DNA of 64,000 bases from an uncultured Burkholderiaceae bacterium (GCA_964610575.1 CAZSYX010000002.1:4478-68477), one strand, 5' to 3'. Positions 13,097 through 26,614 are shown, numbered from the stretch's first letter. A program made the numbers and translations. Notes: generated from the letters alone by a model not told the origin.

Positions 13097-13905
13097 TGGT
13101 CATCGACGATGTCCACGTAGGCATGCCAGGTCGCATGGCCGACGACGGGGACGGCAACCAGCAGGCCGATAAACAGGGTCGCGAAACCTGCGCCGACCAG
13201 CAGCACGATCAGCACTGCCCACAGCAGCAGCGGCAGCGGGTTGGTGGCCAAGGCGCGAACGCTGGTGATCGCGGCGACGACAGTGTCGGTACCACGCGCC
13301 AGCATCAGCGGCACCGACACCACACTGAGGGCGAAGACGATCGCTGCGAACACGCCGCCCACCGCGAAGTACGTCAGCACGAAGTCCCAGTGCTCGGGGC
13401 TGGTCACCCGGCCGAGAAAGCCCGAGAGGCTGGGCATGCCGGAGGCAAAGAAGAGCGCGAAGGTGACCAGCGAGGCGCGCGCCCAGACCAGCATGACGAC
13501 GGTCAGGATGAGGGCAAAGAGCGAATAGGCGCCAAGATTGGCGCGCCACGCGGTCATCGTCTGGACTAGCCGGACCTGCTGCCCGGCCGCCAGTCGCCGA
13601 CTGATGTCATAGAGCCCGGTGCAGAGGTACGGGCCCATCAGCAGGAAACCCGCTGTCAGCGCCGAGGTGTACTCGTGGGCATGGCGGAAGACGAAGTAGA
13701 TGAGCCAGCCCATCAGTGCAAAGGCGGCGCCGTAGAAGAGGCTCGCCGCCGGGGCGGCGCGCAGGTCCCGCCATCCCGCGGCAAGCCAGCGCAGAGGCGC
13801 CGCGGAGTCGATGCGCCGGACCGCTGGAAAGGGCGACGAGCGCAGGCTCGCCACACGTTCCGTCGATGAAGGAGGTGGAGTTGGCGCGCGGTCGTTCATG
13901 ATCAA
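13093..13905 (-). CDS. integral membrane protein, DUF2189-like
   Basis: 270 aa with several TM helices. The motif LLMGPYLCTGLYDISRR resembles the DUF2189/COG5473 family as I recall it. Coding-like composition. Confidence 0.6.
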   Translation of the reverse strand: MIMNDRAPTPPPSSTERVASLRSSPFPAVRRIDSAAPLRWLAAGWRDLRAAPAASLFYGAAFALMGWLIYFVFRHAHEYTSALTAGFLLMGPYLCTGLYDISRRLAAGQQVRLVQTMTAWRANLGAYSLFALILTVVMLVWARASLVTFALFFASGMPSLSGFLGRVTSPEHWDFVLTYFAVGGVFAAIVFALSVVSVPLMLARGTDTVVAAITSVRALATNPLPLLLWAVLIVLLVGAGFATLFIGLLVAVPVVGHATWHAYVDIVDDQ

Positions 13906-14019
13906 CTGTTCTCAGGCTTCGCCGGGTGCCGAGGCTCGCTCATTCTCAGGCCCGCCAGCGCCGATGACCAGCGCTAGCGATGTCGCGGCGCAGCAGCCGG
14001 CCGCTACAATTCAATCACC

Positions 14020-14943
14020 ATGCTCAAGCAACGAACGCTGAAGAAGATTGCCAGCACCGTCGGCATCGGCCTGCACAGTGGCACCAAGGTTCAATTGGCG
14101 CTGCGGCCTGCGGCGGCCGACACCGGGATCGTCTTCCGGCGCATCGACCTGGACCCGCCGGTCGAGATCCCGGCCAGCGCATTGGCGGTTGGCGACACGC
14201 GCATGGCCTCGACGGTCGAGCGCGAAGGGGCGCGCATCGCCACGGTCGAGCACTTGATGAGCGCACTCGCCGGCCTGGGCATCGACAACTGCTACATCGA
14301 CGTCGATGCGCCCGAGATCCCGATCATGGATGGCAGCGCAGCGAGCTTTGTGTTTCTGCTGCAGTCGGCCGGCGTCGAGGAGCAGAACGCGCCCAAGCGC
14401 TTCGTGCGTGTGCTCAAGACGGTCGAGGTGCGGGAAGGCGAGGGCAAGCTGCTGAAGTGGGCGCAGCTTGCGCCGCACTTCGGCTTCAAGCTGCGCTTTT
14501 CGATCGCTTTCGATCACCCGGCAATCGATGCGACCGAGCAGGACGTCGAGGTCGATCTGGCGCGCGAACCTTATGTCAGCTCGGTTGCGCGCGCGCGGAC
14601 CTTCGGCTTCGTCAACGAAGTCGAAGCGCTGCGCGCGGCGGGGCTCGCGCTTGGCGGCAATTTCGAGAACGCGATCGTGATGGACGAGTACCGGGTGCTC
14701 AACACCGACGGGCTGCGCTCCGGCGACGAGTTCGCCAAGCACAAGATCCTCGATGCGATCGGTGACCTGTATCTGCTCGGCCGGCCACTGATTGCGGCCT
14801 ATTCAGCGCACAAGTCCGGCCATGCGCTGAACAACCAGTTGCTGCGCGCCTTGCTTGCTGACGCGAGCGCCTACGAGATCGTCAGCTTCGACGACGAGCA
14901 TCAGGCTCCCGCGGCGTTCCAGCGACCGGCCTTCGCTGTTTGA
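14020..14943 (+). CDS. lpxC: UDP-3-O-acyl-N-acetylglucosamine deacetylase
   Basis: MLKQRTLK...[11 protein letters not shown]-terminus, plus the TVEHLMSAL and HKSGHALN motifs. Confidence 0.94.
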   Translation: MLKQRTLKKIASTVGIGLHSGTKVQLALRPAAADTGIVFRRIDLDPPVEIPASALAVGDTRMASTVEREGARIATVEHLMSALAGLGIDNCYIDVDAPEIPIMDGSAASFVFLLQSAGVEEQNAPKRFVRVLKTVEVREGEGKLLKWAQLAPHFGFKLRFSIAFDHPAIDATEQDVEVDLAREPYVSSVARARTFGFVNEVEALRAAGLALGGNFENAIVMDEYRVLNTDGLRSGDEFAKHKILDAIGDLYLLGRPLIAAYSAHKSGHALNNQLLRALLADASAYEIVSFDDEHQAPAAFQRPAFAV

Positions 14944-15144
14944 TGCGAGCTTTGCCGGCCGCGGCCGGTAGGTAAGTCAGAAGCTGTGCAATGCCCGCCG
15001 GGCTGGCTGCCGACGGATGGCAGCTCGGGGTTCGTTCGGTCCGCGCGTTCTCACGATGCGGCAGAGCCACCGCCTCCAGGACAGCGGTCCAGCGTCCTGG
15101 CGAGGCAGTCTACCGATCAGTCCAGTCAGCCCGTTCAGGCAGCG

Positions 15145-15693
15145 CTACTTGCCGCTGTCCAGTCTGGCGCGCAGCAACGCCTGCAGGCGCTGTGCCGATC
15201 GGCGCAGGGGGGAGTCGTGCAGATCCCTGGAAAGCTCGTCGGCGAACCTGAGTGCTGCGCTCAGGCTTTCCCGGGATTCTGGAGTGCGGGAAGACTCGCT
15301 CGATGACCCGGGCGAAGAACTCCCCGAAATGGGGTCGGCCGAGCTGCCGGGTTGAAGCCGGATCCGTATTCCAGTAACTTCCGGGACGCGTTCCCGCAAT
15401 GCCTGCTCCAGAGCTGCCGCCCGCTGCCGCAACTTGGCGGCGTGCGACGGGGCCCCGACGGTGATGATCACCGTTCGGTCATGGAGCGCGCAGCGCAAGG
15501 GTGGCAGGGAATGCGTGCTGGAAACTGCTTCGCGGCTGATTTCGGCGACGACTGAAGAAATCCGGCCAAGCAGACGGGCCTGATCGACGAGCCCCGCCAG
15601 AGGGCCCTCGGCCAAGGCTTCGGCCGCCGATTTGCAGGCGGGCCTCATCTGGGCAGTACCCGGTGCGACGGCATGGCGGCGCCGGATGAACAT
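15145..15693 (-). CDS. DUF721/DciA-like protein (putative replicative helicase operator)
   Basis: Core LPPLRCALHDRTVIITVGAPSHAAKLRQRAAALEQALRE...IRIRLQP fits the DUF721 pattern, followed by a Ser-rich tail. Position is between lpxC and secA. Start chosen at ATG 15693 so it does not overlap the divergent M23 gene; ATG 15648 is also possible. Confidence 0.6.
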   Translation of the reverse strand: MFIRRRHAVAPGTAQMRPACKSAAEALAEGPLAGLVDQARLLGRISSVVAEISREAVSSTHSLPPLRCALHDRTVIITVGAPSHAAKLRQRAAALEQALRERVPEVTGIRIRLQPGSSADPISGSSSPGSSSESSRTPESRESLSAALRFADELSRDLHDSPLRRSAQRLQALLRARLDSGK

Positions 15694-15745
15694 GGCGAGC
15701 GCGGCTCTTGACTGGGTCGAGCGCGCGGCGATGGAGGTTGCATAA

Positions 15746-16699
15746 GTGCAGATTATCGTTGTCGACAAGCGCTTGTCGCGCGCCCGTACTCTGACACTGA
15801 ACCCGCGGATGGCTGTAGTCGCCGTTTCGGGCCTTGCGGTTGCAGTGCTCTTGTCGGTCGTTGGCCTGTACGCGGTCACATTCCGCGTTGCGGCAGCACT
15901 TGAGATTCCTTATATCCGTGATCTTGCCTCCTCGCTGATGCGCGGGGAGATCGAGCGCAATGAGCAGTTCATGCGCGACAACGTCAGCGCCATGGCGAGG
16001 CGACTCGGCGAAATGCAGGCTCAACTGATGCGGCTGGACGCCTTGGGTGAGCGAGTGGCGAAACTCGCGGGCATACGCCCCGAAGAGTTCAATTTCCGCG
16101 ACCTGCCGGGCCGCGGTGGACTCGAGTCCTCGGATGCACGGCCGCTTTCGATGGGCGAGTTGAGCGACCAGGTCGAGCGCGTGGCTCGGGGCGTGGAATC
16201 ACGGGCCGATTATCTCGATGTAGTCGAGTCGGAACTGATGTCGGCACAGGTTCGCACCGCACTGCTGCCGCAGAACACGCCCGTCCCCGCAGGCTTCGTC
16301 GGCTCGGGCTTCGGCTCGAGGCTCGACCCGTTCTCGGGACAGATGGCGATGCATGCCGGGCTGGACTTCGCGGCCCCGGTCGGCACGCCGATCCTGGCCG
16401 CGGCGGGCGGCGTGGTGTCGGCGTCCGAGCACAACGCCGCCTACGGCAACGTGGTCGTCATCGATCATGGCAACGGCCTGCAGACCCTCTACGCGCACGC
16501 GTCGAAGGTGAACGTCCGTGCGGGCGAGATTGTCCGCAAGGGACAGCCCATTGCTCTGGTCGGATCGACTGGCCGCTCCACCGGGGCGCACCTGCATTTC
16601 GAGGTCCATGTAAATGGCACCCCGCAGAACCCGGCGCGTTTCCTGAACCGCCAGAGTGCAGATTCGCCGCTGGCTGAACTCAATCCGCGCCGGCGGTGA
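15746..16699 (+). CDS. M23 family metallopeptidase
   Basis: GTG start. N-terminal TM helix, a coiled region, then LytM-domain motifs HAGLDFAAPVGTPI, YAHASK and GSTGRSTGAHLHFEV. Confidence 0.88.
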   Translation: MQIIVVDKRLSRARTLTLNPRMAVVAVSGLAVAVLLSVVGLYAVTFRVAAALEIPYIRDLASSLMRGEIERNEQFMRDNVSAMARRLGEMQAQLMRLDALGERVAKLAGIRPEEFNFRDLPGRGGLESSDARPLSMGELSDQVERVARGVESRADYLDVVESELMSAQVRTALLPQNTPVPAGFVGSGFGSRLDPFSGQMAMHAGLDFAAPVGTPILAAAGGVVSASEHNAAYGNVVVIDHGNGLQTLYAHASKVNVRAGEIVRKGQPIALVGSTGRSTGAHLHFEVHVNGTPQNPARFLNRQSADSPLAELNPRRR

Positions 16700-16890
16700 T
16701 GGCGGTCGCCACGGCGACCGCGCTGCTTGAGCCATTCTTGCTGCTTGACGAGCAGCGGCGTCCTGGGCGCGGCACTGTGACATACTCTGCGGTCGCCGCG
16801 CCGCCGGCCGATCGCCTGCTGCGGCGCTGATCTGCCCCTGAACGCGCTGTCACGGCCCCGCCGGCCGAGCGCGCCTGCGTTAATCCCGCC

Positions 16891-19659
<2,769 letters not shown>

Positions 19660-19717
19660 AGGGAATGACGGCCCGCGGCCTCCCTTGCTGAACGAATCAC
19701 CGATCACCTAGAGCACG

Positions 19718-20947
19718 ATGCCAGTCAATCTCGCTCCGGTCGATCCTGCCTCCTTGCTCGCGGTAGCCGGCATCGAACTGGGTTGGGCGGAAGCAGGGAT
19801 CCGCAAGCCCGGGCGGAAGGACGTGCTGCTTCTGCGCATTGACAAGGGCGCAAGCATTGCCGGGGTTTTCACGCGCAACCGCTTCTGCGCTGCGCCGGTG
19901 CTTGTCTGCCGGGAGCATCTGGCGGCGGGCGGTGAAATCCGCGCACTGGTCGTGAACACTGGCAATGCCAACGCAGGCACCGGAGCGGCGGGTCTGGCCG
20001 CCGCGCGCGCGACCTGCAGCGAGGTGGCGCGGCTCCTGAATTGCGCTGCCGAGCAGGTACTGCCGTTCTCCACTGGCGTGATCATGGAATCGCTGCCCGT
20101 GCAGCGCCTGCTTGACGGACTGCCGCAGGCGGTTCAGCGGTTGGCGCCAGCGCACTGGGGCGAGGCTGCCGAGGCGATCATGACCACCGACACCGTGCCC
20201 AAGGCCGCCTCGCGCAGCGCGGTGATCGATGGGCGGCCGATTGCGGTGACCGGGATCGCGAAGGGCGCCGGGATGATCCGGCCGAACATGGCAACAATGC
20301 TCGGCTTCATTGCGACCGACGCGGCGGTCGCGCCGTCGCTTTGGCGCGAGTTGACCGTGCAGGTTGCCGACGCTTCATTCAACCGAATAACGGTCGATGG
20401 TGATACCTCGACCAACGATTCGCTGATCCTGATCGCGACAGGAGCAAGTGGAATCGCGCCGATCAAGACTGCCGACGATCCCAGGTTAGGCGCGCTGCGC
20501 GGGACGCTGTTTGAGGTGGCGCAGCAACTGGCAAAGGCGATCGTCCGCGACGGCGAGGGCGCAACCAAGTTCATCGAGATCGTCGTCGAAGGCGCGGGCA
20601 CGGCCGACGAGGCGTCCCGCGTTGCGTACAGCATTGCGCACTCGCCGCTGGTGAAGACGGCGTTCTTTGCCTCGGACCCCAACCTCGGCCGAATCCTCGC
20701 TGCGGTGGGCAACGCTGGCATTGGCGACCTCGACCAGGGGCGGGTCCAGTTGCACCTGAACGACGTCTGGGTCGCGCGCGACGGCAGCCGCCATCCGCAA
20801 TACCGGGAGGAGGACGGGCAGCGGGTGATGAAGGGCTCGGAAATCAAGGTCCGCGTTGAACTCGAACGCGGCGGTGCGTCGGCCACTGTGTGGACATGCG
20901 ACCTGTCGCATGACTACGTGAGCATCAACGCCGACTATCGCTCGTAG
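19718..20947 (+). CDS. argJ: bifunctional glutamate N-acetyltransferase / amino-acid acetyltransferase
   Basis: Autoprocessing region [14 protein letters not shown] and a C-terminal INADYRS. Confidence 0.92.
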   Translation: MPVNLAPVDPASLLAVAGIELGWAEAGIRKPGRKDVLLLRIDKGASIAGVFTRNRFCAAPVLVCREHLAAGGEIRALVVNTGNANAGTGAAGLAAARATCSEVARLLNCAAEQVLPFSTGVIMESLPVQRLLDGLPQAVQRLAPAHWGEAAEAIMTTDTVPKAASRSAVIDGRPIAVTGIAKGAGMIRPNMATMLGFIATDAAVAPSLWRELTVQVADASFNRITVDGDTSTNDSLILIATGASGIAPIKTADDPRLGALRGTLFEVAQQLAKAIVRDGEGATKFIEIVVEGAGTADEASRVAYSIAHSPLVKTAFFASDPNLGRILAAVGNAGIGDLDQGRVQLHLNDVWVARDGSRHPQYREEDGQRVMKGSEIKVRVELERGGASATVWTCDLSHDYVSINADYRS

Positions 20948-20968
20948 CGCAAGGGAGCAACTTAGGCC

Positions 20969-21862
20969 ATGGCTGATGCGGGAAATGGCGACGTCGCTGC
21001 CGCGCTGCAGGCGCTCCTCGCCCGGCTCGATCCGCTGCTGCCGCCGCGCCGCGAGGTCGACTGGACAGCGCCTGCGTTTCGCTGGCGCAAGCGCCAATAT
21101 CTCGGCGGCGCAGTCGGCCATCTGGAGCCGGTGCGGCGCGTGGCTCGCATCGCCCCTGAGGACCTGCAGCACATCGACGAGCAGCGCACGGCGATCCTGC
21201 GCAACACCGAGCAGTTCGTGCGCGGCCTGCCGGCCAACAACGTCCTGCTGACCGGCGCCCGCGGCACCGGCAAGTCGTCGCTGATCCGCGCCTGCCTGGC
21301 GCGGTTCCACGTTGATGGCCTGCGGCTGATCGAGGTCGACAAGAACGACCTCGCCGACCTTCCTGACATCGTCAGCCTGGTGGCGGCCCGGCCGGAGCGT
21401 TTCGTCCTTTTTTGCGACGACCTGTCCTTCGAGGAGGGCGAATCGTCGTACAAGGCGCTGAAGGCGGTACTCGACGGTTCGATATCAGCGCCGAGCGAGA
21501 ACCTGCTCATCTATGCCACCTCGAACCGCCGCCACCTGATGCCCGAGTACATGCGCGAGAACCTCGATGCCAGGTACCAGGACGACGGCGAGATCCATCC
21601 CGGCGAAACAGTGGAAGAGAAGATCTCGCTGTCCGAGCGATTCGGGCTCTGGCTGTCGTTCTACCCCTTCCGCCAGGACGACTACCTGGACATCGTCGCG
21701 TACTGGTTGGGCCGTTTCGGCGCTGCGCCTGCACAGATCGAGGCCGTCCGGATCGAAGCGCTGCAATTCGCCCTTCAGCGCGGCTCGAGGTCCGGCCGGG
21801 TGGCTTTGCAGTTCGCGCGCGACTGCGCAGGAAGGCTGGGCATCGGCAGCAGCCAGCGATGA
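20969..21862 (+). CDS. AAA-type ATP-binding protein, DUF815 family
   Basis: Walker A LLTGARGTGKSS, Walker B-like FVLFCDDLSF, and IYATSNRRHLMPE. Confidence 0.75.
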   Translation: MADAGNGDVAAALQALLARLDPLLPPRREVDWTAPAFRWRKRQYLGGAVGHLEPVRRVARIAPEDLQHIDEQRTAILRNTEQFVRGLPANNVLLTGARGTGKSSLIRACLARFHVDGLRLIEVDKNDLADLPDIVSLVAARPERFVLFCDDLSFEEGESSYKALKAVLDGSISAPSENLLIYATSNRRHLMPEYMRENLDARYQDDGEIHPGETVEEKISLSERFGLWLSFYPFRQDDYLDIVAYWLGRFGAAPAQIEAVRIEALQFALQRGSRSGRVALQFARDCAGRLGIGSSQR

Positions 21863-22785
21863 GCCTGGCTGCGCCGCCGCATCGCCAGGTCACGCGCGTT
21901 GCGGTTGGCGTTCTGATCCGCGGTGACGGATACGTGCTGCTGGCCGATCGGCCGGCCGGCAAGCCCTATGCCGGCTACTGGGAGTTCCCCGGCGGCAAGA
22001 TCGAGCCGGGAGAGGACGTCGCTGCAGCGCTGGCGCGCGAGCTTCACGAAGAACTCGGGATCGATGTTGGCCCGTCGGTCCCGTGGGTGACGTTCGAGTT
22101 CGACTACCCGCACGCCCATGTCGAACTGCAGTTCCGCGTTGTGCGCGAGTGGCACGGCGATCCGCATGCGCGCGAGGGGCAGCGACTGCGTTTCGTCGAC
22201 CCAGCGGGCGAGCTTCCGCAGCCCTTGCTGCCGGCCGCCGTGCCGACCTTGCGCTGGCTGCTCCTTCCGCGCACGGTGCTTGTGGTCGGTCCGCAGATTC
22301 CGCCGGCGCTGCCTGCCGGCGCGGCAGATCCGCACCGCACCGGACGGAACGAAGCGGCGCCGATCATCGTCGTCGACGCGGACTGGCGAGGCGCTGGCCC
22401 GCAGGCTGCGTTCACGCTGCTGCGCGCCGAACTGGCAACCAAGCAACCCTTGCTGCTGGCCTCTGGCCCAGGCGCGCAGCGGATCACCCACGCCGACGGC
22501 GTCGTGCTCGAGGCCGGCGCGATCGTGGACGCTGCCCTTCAGGCGAGTGGCCTGCACGGCGCCTGGGTCGGCTCCGCAGAGGACTTGCAGCTCGCCTCAG
22601 AGGGTGGCTGCGATTTCGTTCTGGTCAGGTCGGCCGCCTTGGCTGAGGAGTTGCGCGATCATTCAGCCTCGTTGCCGGCGTATTTCCTGTCCAACGCTGC
22701 CTCGATCGGGGCGGCAGAGTCGGCGGAGTGGCCCGGACAAGGGCGGTGGATCGATCTGCGGCCGCCGGCTGGATCCGGCGGCTGA
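21859..22785 (+). CDS. mutT: Nudix hydrolase (MutT-like) fused to a ThiE-like C-terminal domain
   Basis: ATG at 21859 overlaps the upstream stop (ATGA). Nudix box GGKIEPGEDVAAALARELHEELGI. The ~170-aa C-terminal extension is typical of betaproteobacterial MutT fusions. Confidence 0.8.
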   Translation: MSLAAPPHRQVTRVAVGVLIRGDGYVLLADRPAGKPYAGYWEFPGGKIEPGEDVAAALARELHEELGIDVGPSVPWVTFEFDYPHAHVELQFRVVREWHGDPHAREGQRLRFVDPAGELPQPLLPAAVPTLRWLLLPRTVLVVGPQIPPALPAGAADPHRTGRNEAAPIIVVDADWRGAGPQAAFTLLRAELATKQPLLLASGPGAQRITHADGVVLEAGAIVDAALQASGLHGAWVGSAEDLQLASEGGCDFVLVRSAALAEELRDHSASLPAYFLSNAASIGAAESAEWPGQGRWIDLRPPAGSGG

Positions 22786-22844
22786 ACGGCATCGCCGCGT
22801 CGGGCCGGACGGGGCACTGTTGTCCCCAGCCGCTGATCAGCAGG

Positions 22845-23060
22845 TTACTGCTTCAGGTCACTTGCTGATGGCGGCGCATCGCTGGACCGATCTGTCAGGT
22901 CGTCGCCTGCTATGACAAACCGGCTGCTGGCCCAGTCGCCCAAGTCGATCCCCTTGCAGCGGGCGCTGCAGAACGGACGCCACGGACTTGCGCCCGACCA
23001 CTTCACCTCGGCGTTGCAGGTTGGACAGTTGACGCTCAATGGGCGGGTCACAGCGCGCAA
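22845..23060 (-). CDS. yacG: DNA gyrase inhibitor YacG (zinc ribbon)
   Basis: CPTC...WRPFCSARCKGIDLGDW signature. Lies downstream of zapD and coaE. Confidence 0.85.
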   Translation of the reverse strand: MRAVTRPLSVNCPTCNAEVKWSGASPWRPFCSARCKGIDLGDWASSRFVIAGDDLTDRSSDAPPSASDLKQ

Positions 23061-23824
23061 AGGGCGAGGTCGAAGGTCACGTCGCGGTCGACCGAGCGCG
23101 GCTTCAGGTCGCCGTCAGGCGCCGTGAAACGGATCCAGAGCATGTACCTGTTGGCGCTGATTTCCGGGATCGCGTCAGCGCTTTCGGGCACACGCACCTG
23201 CAACAGCGCATAGCTGCGGCCCTGCAGAGCCTGCTGGTACGAGCCCTGCGCGGCCACCTGCCTGGAGTGATGCGCACTCTCCCGCAGCAGGCGCAGGACC
23301 ATGCCGAGGGCGGCGCTGAACTTCTGCAATGGCTGCACCCAGGTCAGCAGGTCACGCCGACGGCTGTCACCGTCGCGCATCAGCCAGGCGTGATAAGAGG
23401 GCAGATCGAATTCACACGTGCCGCCCGGGATGCCCGCCCGGCTGCGGATGCTGGTCAGCCACTCGTTGTCGCGCAGGTGGTGGCCGGCCTTGCCCGCCGA
23501 AGCATTCAGGCTCTGCTGCGACTGCTCGATCTCGGAGAGAACGCCAGCGAGGGCTTCCTGCGCCACCTGCGGGTTGTTGCGCAGCGCCTGCAGCACCTGC
23601 CGCTGCCTTTCCAGTTCCTGCAGCAGGTCGCCCTTCAAGTCGGTTCTCGACGTGACCTCGAGAATCTCGAACAGTGCCATCAGCGCCGCGTGGTGGCAGT
23701 AGGCATGAGACTGCTCAATGAAGAAGCCGAGCTTGTCGAACAGATCCTCGAGGCGCAGCAGCGACCGCACGCGCTCGGTGAAAGGGTATTCGTAGAGGAT
23801 CACGCCGTCTCGCCCGCTGACCAT
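23048..23824 (-). CDS. zapD: cell division protein ZapD
   Basis: Start at ATG 23824. N-terminus ILYEYPFTERVRSLLRLE matches the ZapD pattern. coaE-zapD-yacG synteny. Confidence 0.82.
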   Translation of the reverse strand: MVSGRDGVILYEYPFTERVRSLLRLEDLFDKLGFFIEQSHAYCHHAALMALFEILEVTSRTDLKGDLLQELERQRQVLQALRNNPQVAQEALAGVLSEIEQSQQSLNASAGKAGHHLRDNEWLTSIRSRAGIPGGTCEFDLPSYHAWLMRDGDSRRRDLLTWVQPLQKFSAALGMVLRLLRESAHHSRQVAAQGSYQQALQGRSYALLQVRVPESADAIPEISANRYMLWIRFTAPDGDLKPRSVDRDVTFDLALCAL

Positions 23825-23835
23825 GCTTGAACATA

Positions 23836-24498
23836 TCACAGGCGATCGCCGCCGCCCGCGTACCCGCAATAGCGGCGGTGCAGCCAGTCAACGCGCGGAT
23901 GAAGTTGCTCGAGAGGCCCCTCGTTGACGAGCACATCGTCGGCCGCGTCGAGCCGGTCGGCCCGCCGAGCCTGCTGGGCGATGATCGTTCGCACCAGCGC
24001 GGCATCGAGTCGGCTGCGAGCGCAGACGCGCGCTTCCTGTGTCGCCGGCGAACAGTCGATCACCAGAATCCGGTCGACGCGGCCGCGCCAACTGCCGTTC
24101 TCGATCAAGAGCGGCACCACGAACATCACGTATGGCGCAAGTCCACGCGCTGCCGATGCCTGCATCATCGCCAGCTCGTGGATTCGTGGATGCAGGATCG
24201 ATTCCAGCTGTGACTTCGCTGACGGGTCATGAAAGACCCGTTCGCGCATTCGTTGCCGGTTGAGCGCGCCGTCGGGGCCGATGTACTGCGCACCGAACTG
24301 CCGTGCAATGGCTTCGATCGCTGCTCCACCCGGCGCAGTCAGCGTGTGGGCAATGGCGTCGCTGTCGACGACCGCGGCGCCGAGCAGGGCGAACATGTCG
24401 GCCACCGCCGTCTTTCCGCTGCCGATGCCTCCGGTGAGGCCGACTGCGAATCCGGACGATTCAGAACGGGACAAAACGTCCTGCGATGTCCTGGCCAT
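23836..24498 (-). CDS. coaE: dephospho-CoA kinase
   Basis: GLTGGIGSGKT P-loop near the N-terminus. The start is uncertain: ATG 24498 overlaps the pilD 3' end and has no clear SD. Confidence 0.85.
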   Translation of the reverse strand: MARTSQDVLSRSESSGFAVGLTGGIGSGKTAVADMFALLGAAVVDSDAIAHTLTAPGGAAIEAIARQFGAQYIGPDGALNRQRMRERVFHDPSAKSQLESILHPRIHELAMMQASAARGLAPYVMFVVPLLIENGSWRGRVDRILVIDCSPATQEARVCARSRLDAALVRTIIAQQARRADRLDAADDVLVNEGPLEQLHPRVDWLHRRYCGYAGGGDRL

Positions 24499-25297
24499 AA
24501 AGGAGGGCAGTGAAGCCCGCGGCGGCCAGGTACGGTCCGAACGGGATCGGAATGTCACGGCCACGGCGCGCGAGAACGAGCAGGATTATCCCAACCGTCG
24601 CGCCGACCACCGAAGACAGAAGCAGGATCGGCAACAGCATCTTCCAGCCGAACCAGGCGCCAAGAGCCGCCAGCAGCTTGAAGTCGCCGTAGCCCATCCC
24701 TTCCTTTCCCGTGGCGAGCTTGAACAGCCAGTAGATCGACCACAGGATCAGGTAGCCGGCCGTAGCACCGATGACCGCCTCGGAAAGTGGCACGAACGTG
24801 CCGCCAATGTTGAGCAGCAATCCAGCCCACAGCAGGGGCAGCGTCAGGCTGTCCGGCAGCAGTGTCGTGTCGGCGTCGATGAACGTCAGCGCGATCAACA
24901 CAAAGGTGAAAGCAAGGGCAGCGAGGCCAGGCAGGCCAAACCCAAAACGCCACGCAACCCACGCCGAAAGCGCGGCCGTAATGGCTTCAACAATTGGGTA
25001 GCGAGCGGAGATGGCAGCGCCGCAGTGGGCGCACTTGCCGCTGCTTGCGAAGTAGGAGATCAGTGGCACGTTGTCGCGGACCCGCAGCGGCGTCTTGCAG
25101 GAAGGGCAGTGCGATCCGGGCACCAGAAGGTTGAACCGCGATGCCGGTTCGGGCTCACGCCCCGCGAGTTCGGCACACTGGGCCCGCCACTCTGCCTCCA
25201 TCATCTTCGGCAGGCGGAAGATGACGACGTTCAGGAAGGAGCCGATTGCCAGGCCGAAGGCCCCGGCACAGATGGCGAAGACGAGATCGGGTGTCAA
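24461..25297 (-). CDS. pilD: prepilin peptidase / N-methyltransferase (A24 family)
   Basis: TTG start. Motifs GSFLNVVIFRLP, CPSC...CAHC and GMGYGDFKLLAALGAW. Confidence 0.9.
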   Translation of the reverse strand: MTPDLVFAICAGAFGLAIGSFLNVVIFRLPKMMEAEWRAQCAELAGREPEPASRFNLLVPGSHCPSCKTPLRVRDNVPLISYFASSGKCAHCGAAISARYPIVEAITAALSAWVAWRFGFGLPGLAALAFTFVLIALTFIDADTTLLPDSLTLPLLWAGLLLNIGGTFVPLSEAVIGATAGYLILWSIYWLFKLATGKEGMGYGDFKLLAALGAWFGWKMLLPILLLSSVVGATVGIILLVLARRGRDIPIPFGPYLAAAGFTALLYGQDIAGRFVPF

Positions 25298-25358
25298 GCG
25301 TTCGTACTAAGGGGCGACGGCCGGGCGCACTCCGCCCGTGCCGTCCGCGAAAGTCCGA

Positions 25359-26588
25359 TCAGACAACCTGGCCGAGCTTGAAGATCGGCAGGTAGATGGC
25401 GACGACAATGCCGCCGATGATGACGCCGAGCACGACCATGATCACCGGTTCGATCAGGCTTGCCAGCGCGTCGACGGTCTCGTCGACTTCGCGTTCGTAG
25501 TAGTCGGCGACCTTGGACAGCATCGAATCAAGGGCACCCGATTCCTCGCCGATGCTGGTCATCTGCACCGCCATGTTCGGAAACACGCCGGTGTTCTGCA
25601 TCGACTGCGCGAGGCTGGTGCCGACGTTGACCTCGGCCTGCACTTGTTTGGTCGCATCCTTGTACACGGCGTTGCCTGAGGCCGGTCCGACCGAGTCGAG
25701 CGCGTCCACCAGTGGCACGCCGGCGGCGAAGGTCGTGGACAGGGTGCGTGACCAGCGGGCAACCGAGGCCTTCTGCAGCAGTTCGCCGATGACCGGGATC
25801 TTCAGCATGTAGCGGTCCACCAGTCGCTGAAACGACGGCGAGCGGCGCCAGGCCTGAAACCCGAAGTATCCGGCGCCGAGCGATCCGAACAGCATCCAGT
25901 ACCAGTTCGCGACGATGAAGTCCGACATCGCGATCACGACCAGCGTCGGGTACGGCAGGTCGGCGCCAAAGCTGCTGAAGACCTGCTTGAACGACGGGAT
26001 CACGAAATACATGATGATCGCCGTGATCAGGATGGCGACCAGGATGACCATCACCGGATAGAACAGTGCCTTCTTGATCTTGCCCTTCAGCGCGAGGGTC
26101 TTTTCCTTGTAGGTCGCTAAGCGGTCGAGCAGCGTTTCCAGAATGCCAGCCTGCTCGCCCGCAGCCACCAGGTTGCAGAACAGCGGATCGAAATACAACG
26201 GGAACTTGCGAAACGCCTGGTTGAGGCTGGTGCCGGTCTCCACGTCGCTGCGGATATCCATCAGCAGGCGTGACACCGACGGATTGGAATGGCCGCGCGA
26301 GATGATGTCGAAACTCTGCATCAGCGGCACGCCGGCGCGCAGCATTGTCGACAGCTGGCGGGTGAAGAGCGCCAGGTCCTTCTCGGTGATCCTCTTGCCG
26401 CGCGAGAAGACCTGCTTCTTGATCTTCGGCTTGGCGATCCCGCGGCGACGCAGGGCCGCAGCGACCACGGACTCGCCGCCAGCGCGCATTTCGCCGCGCA
26501 CGACCTTGCCGGTCTTGTCCCTGCCCTCCCATACGAACAGCGATTCCTGCGCTGCTGCGCGGGGCTTTGCGACTGCGCCTGTTGCCAT
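25359..26588 (-). CDS. pilC: type IV pilus assembly platform protein PilC (GspF family)
   Basis: 409 aa with two GspF-type repeats, including LSTMLRAGVPL and LSTTFAAGVPL. Confidence 0.9.
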   Translation of the reverse strand: MATGAVAKPRAAAQESLFVWEGRDKTGKVVRGEMRAGGESVVAAALRRRGIAKPKIKKQVFSRGKRITEKDLALFTRQLSTMLRAGVPLMQSFDIISRGHSNPSVSRLLMDIRSDVETGTSLNQAFRKFPLYFDPLFCNLVAAGEQAGILETLLDRLATYKEKTLALKGKIKKALFYPVMVILVAILITAIIMYFVIPSFKQVFSSFGADLPYPTLVVIAMSDFIVANWYWMLFGSLGAGYFGFQAWRRSPSFQRLVDRYMLKIPVIGELLQKASVARWSRTLSTTFAAGVPLVDALDSVGPASGNAVYKDATKQVQAEVNVGTSLAQSMQNTGVFPNMAVQMTSIGEESGALDSMLSKVADYYEREVDETVDALASLIEPVIMVVLGVIIGGIVVAIYLPIFKLGQVV

Positions 26589-26614
26589 AGCCTGTTCGAC
26601 TCCGTTGTGCCGGC

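Noticed and set aside
16699-16782. 27-codon ORF (MAVATATALLEPFLLLDEQRRPGRGTV) overlapping the M23 stop upstream of secA, considered as a SecM-like leader
   Set aside because: It has no SD, no signal peptide and no arrest-type motif. It is probably a chance ORF in GC-rich spacer.
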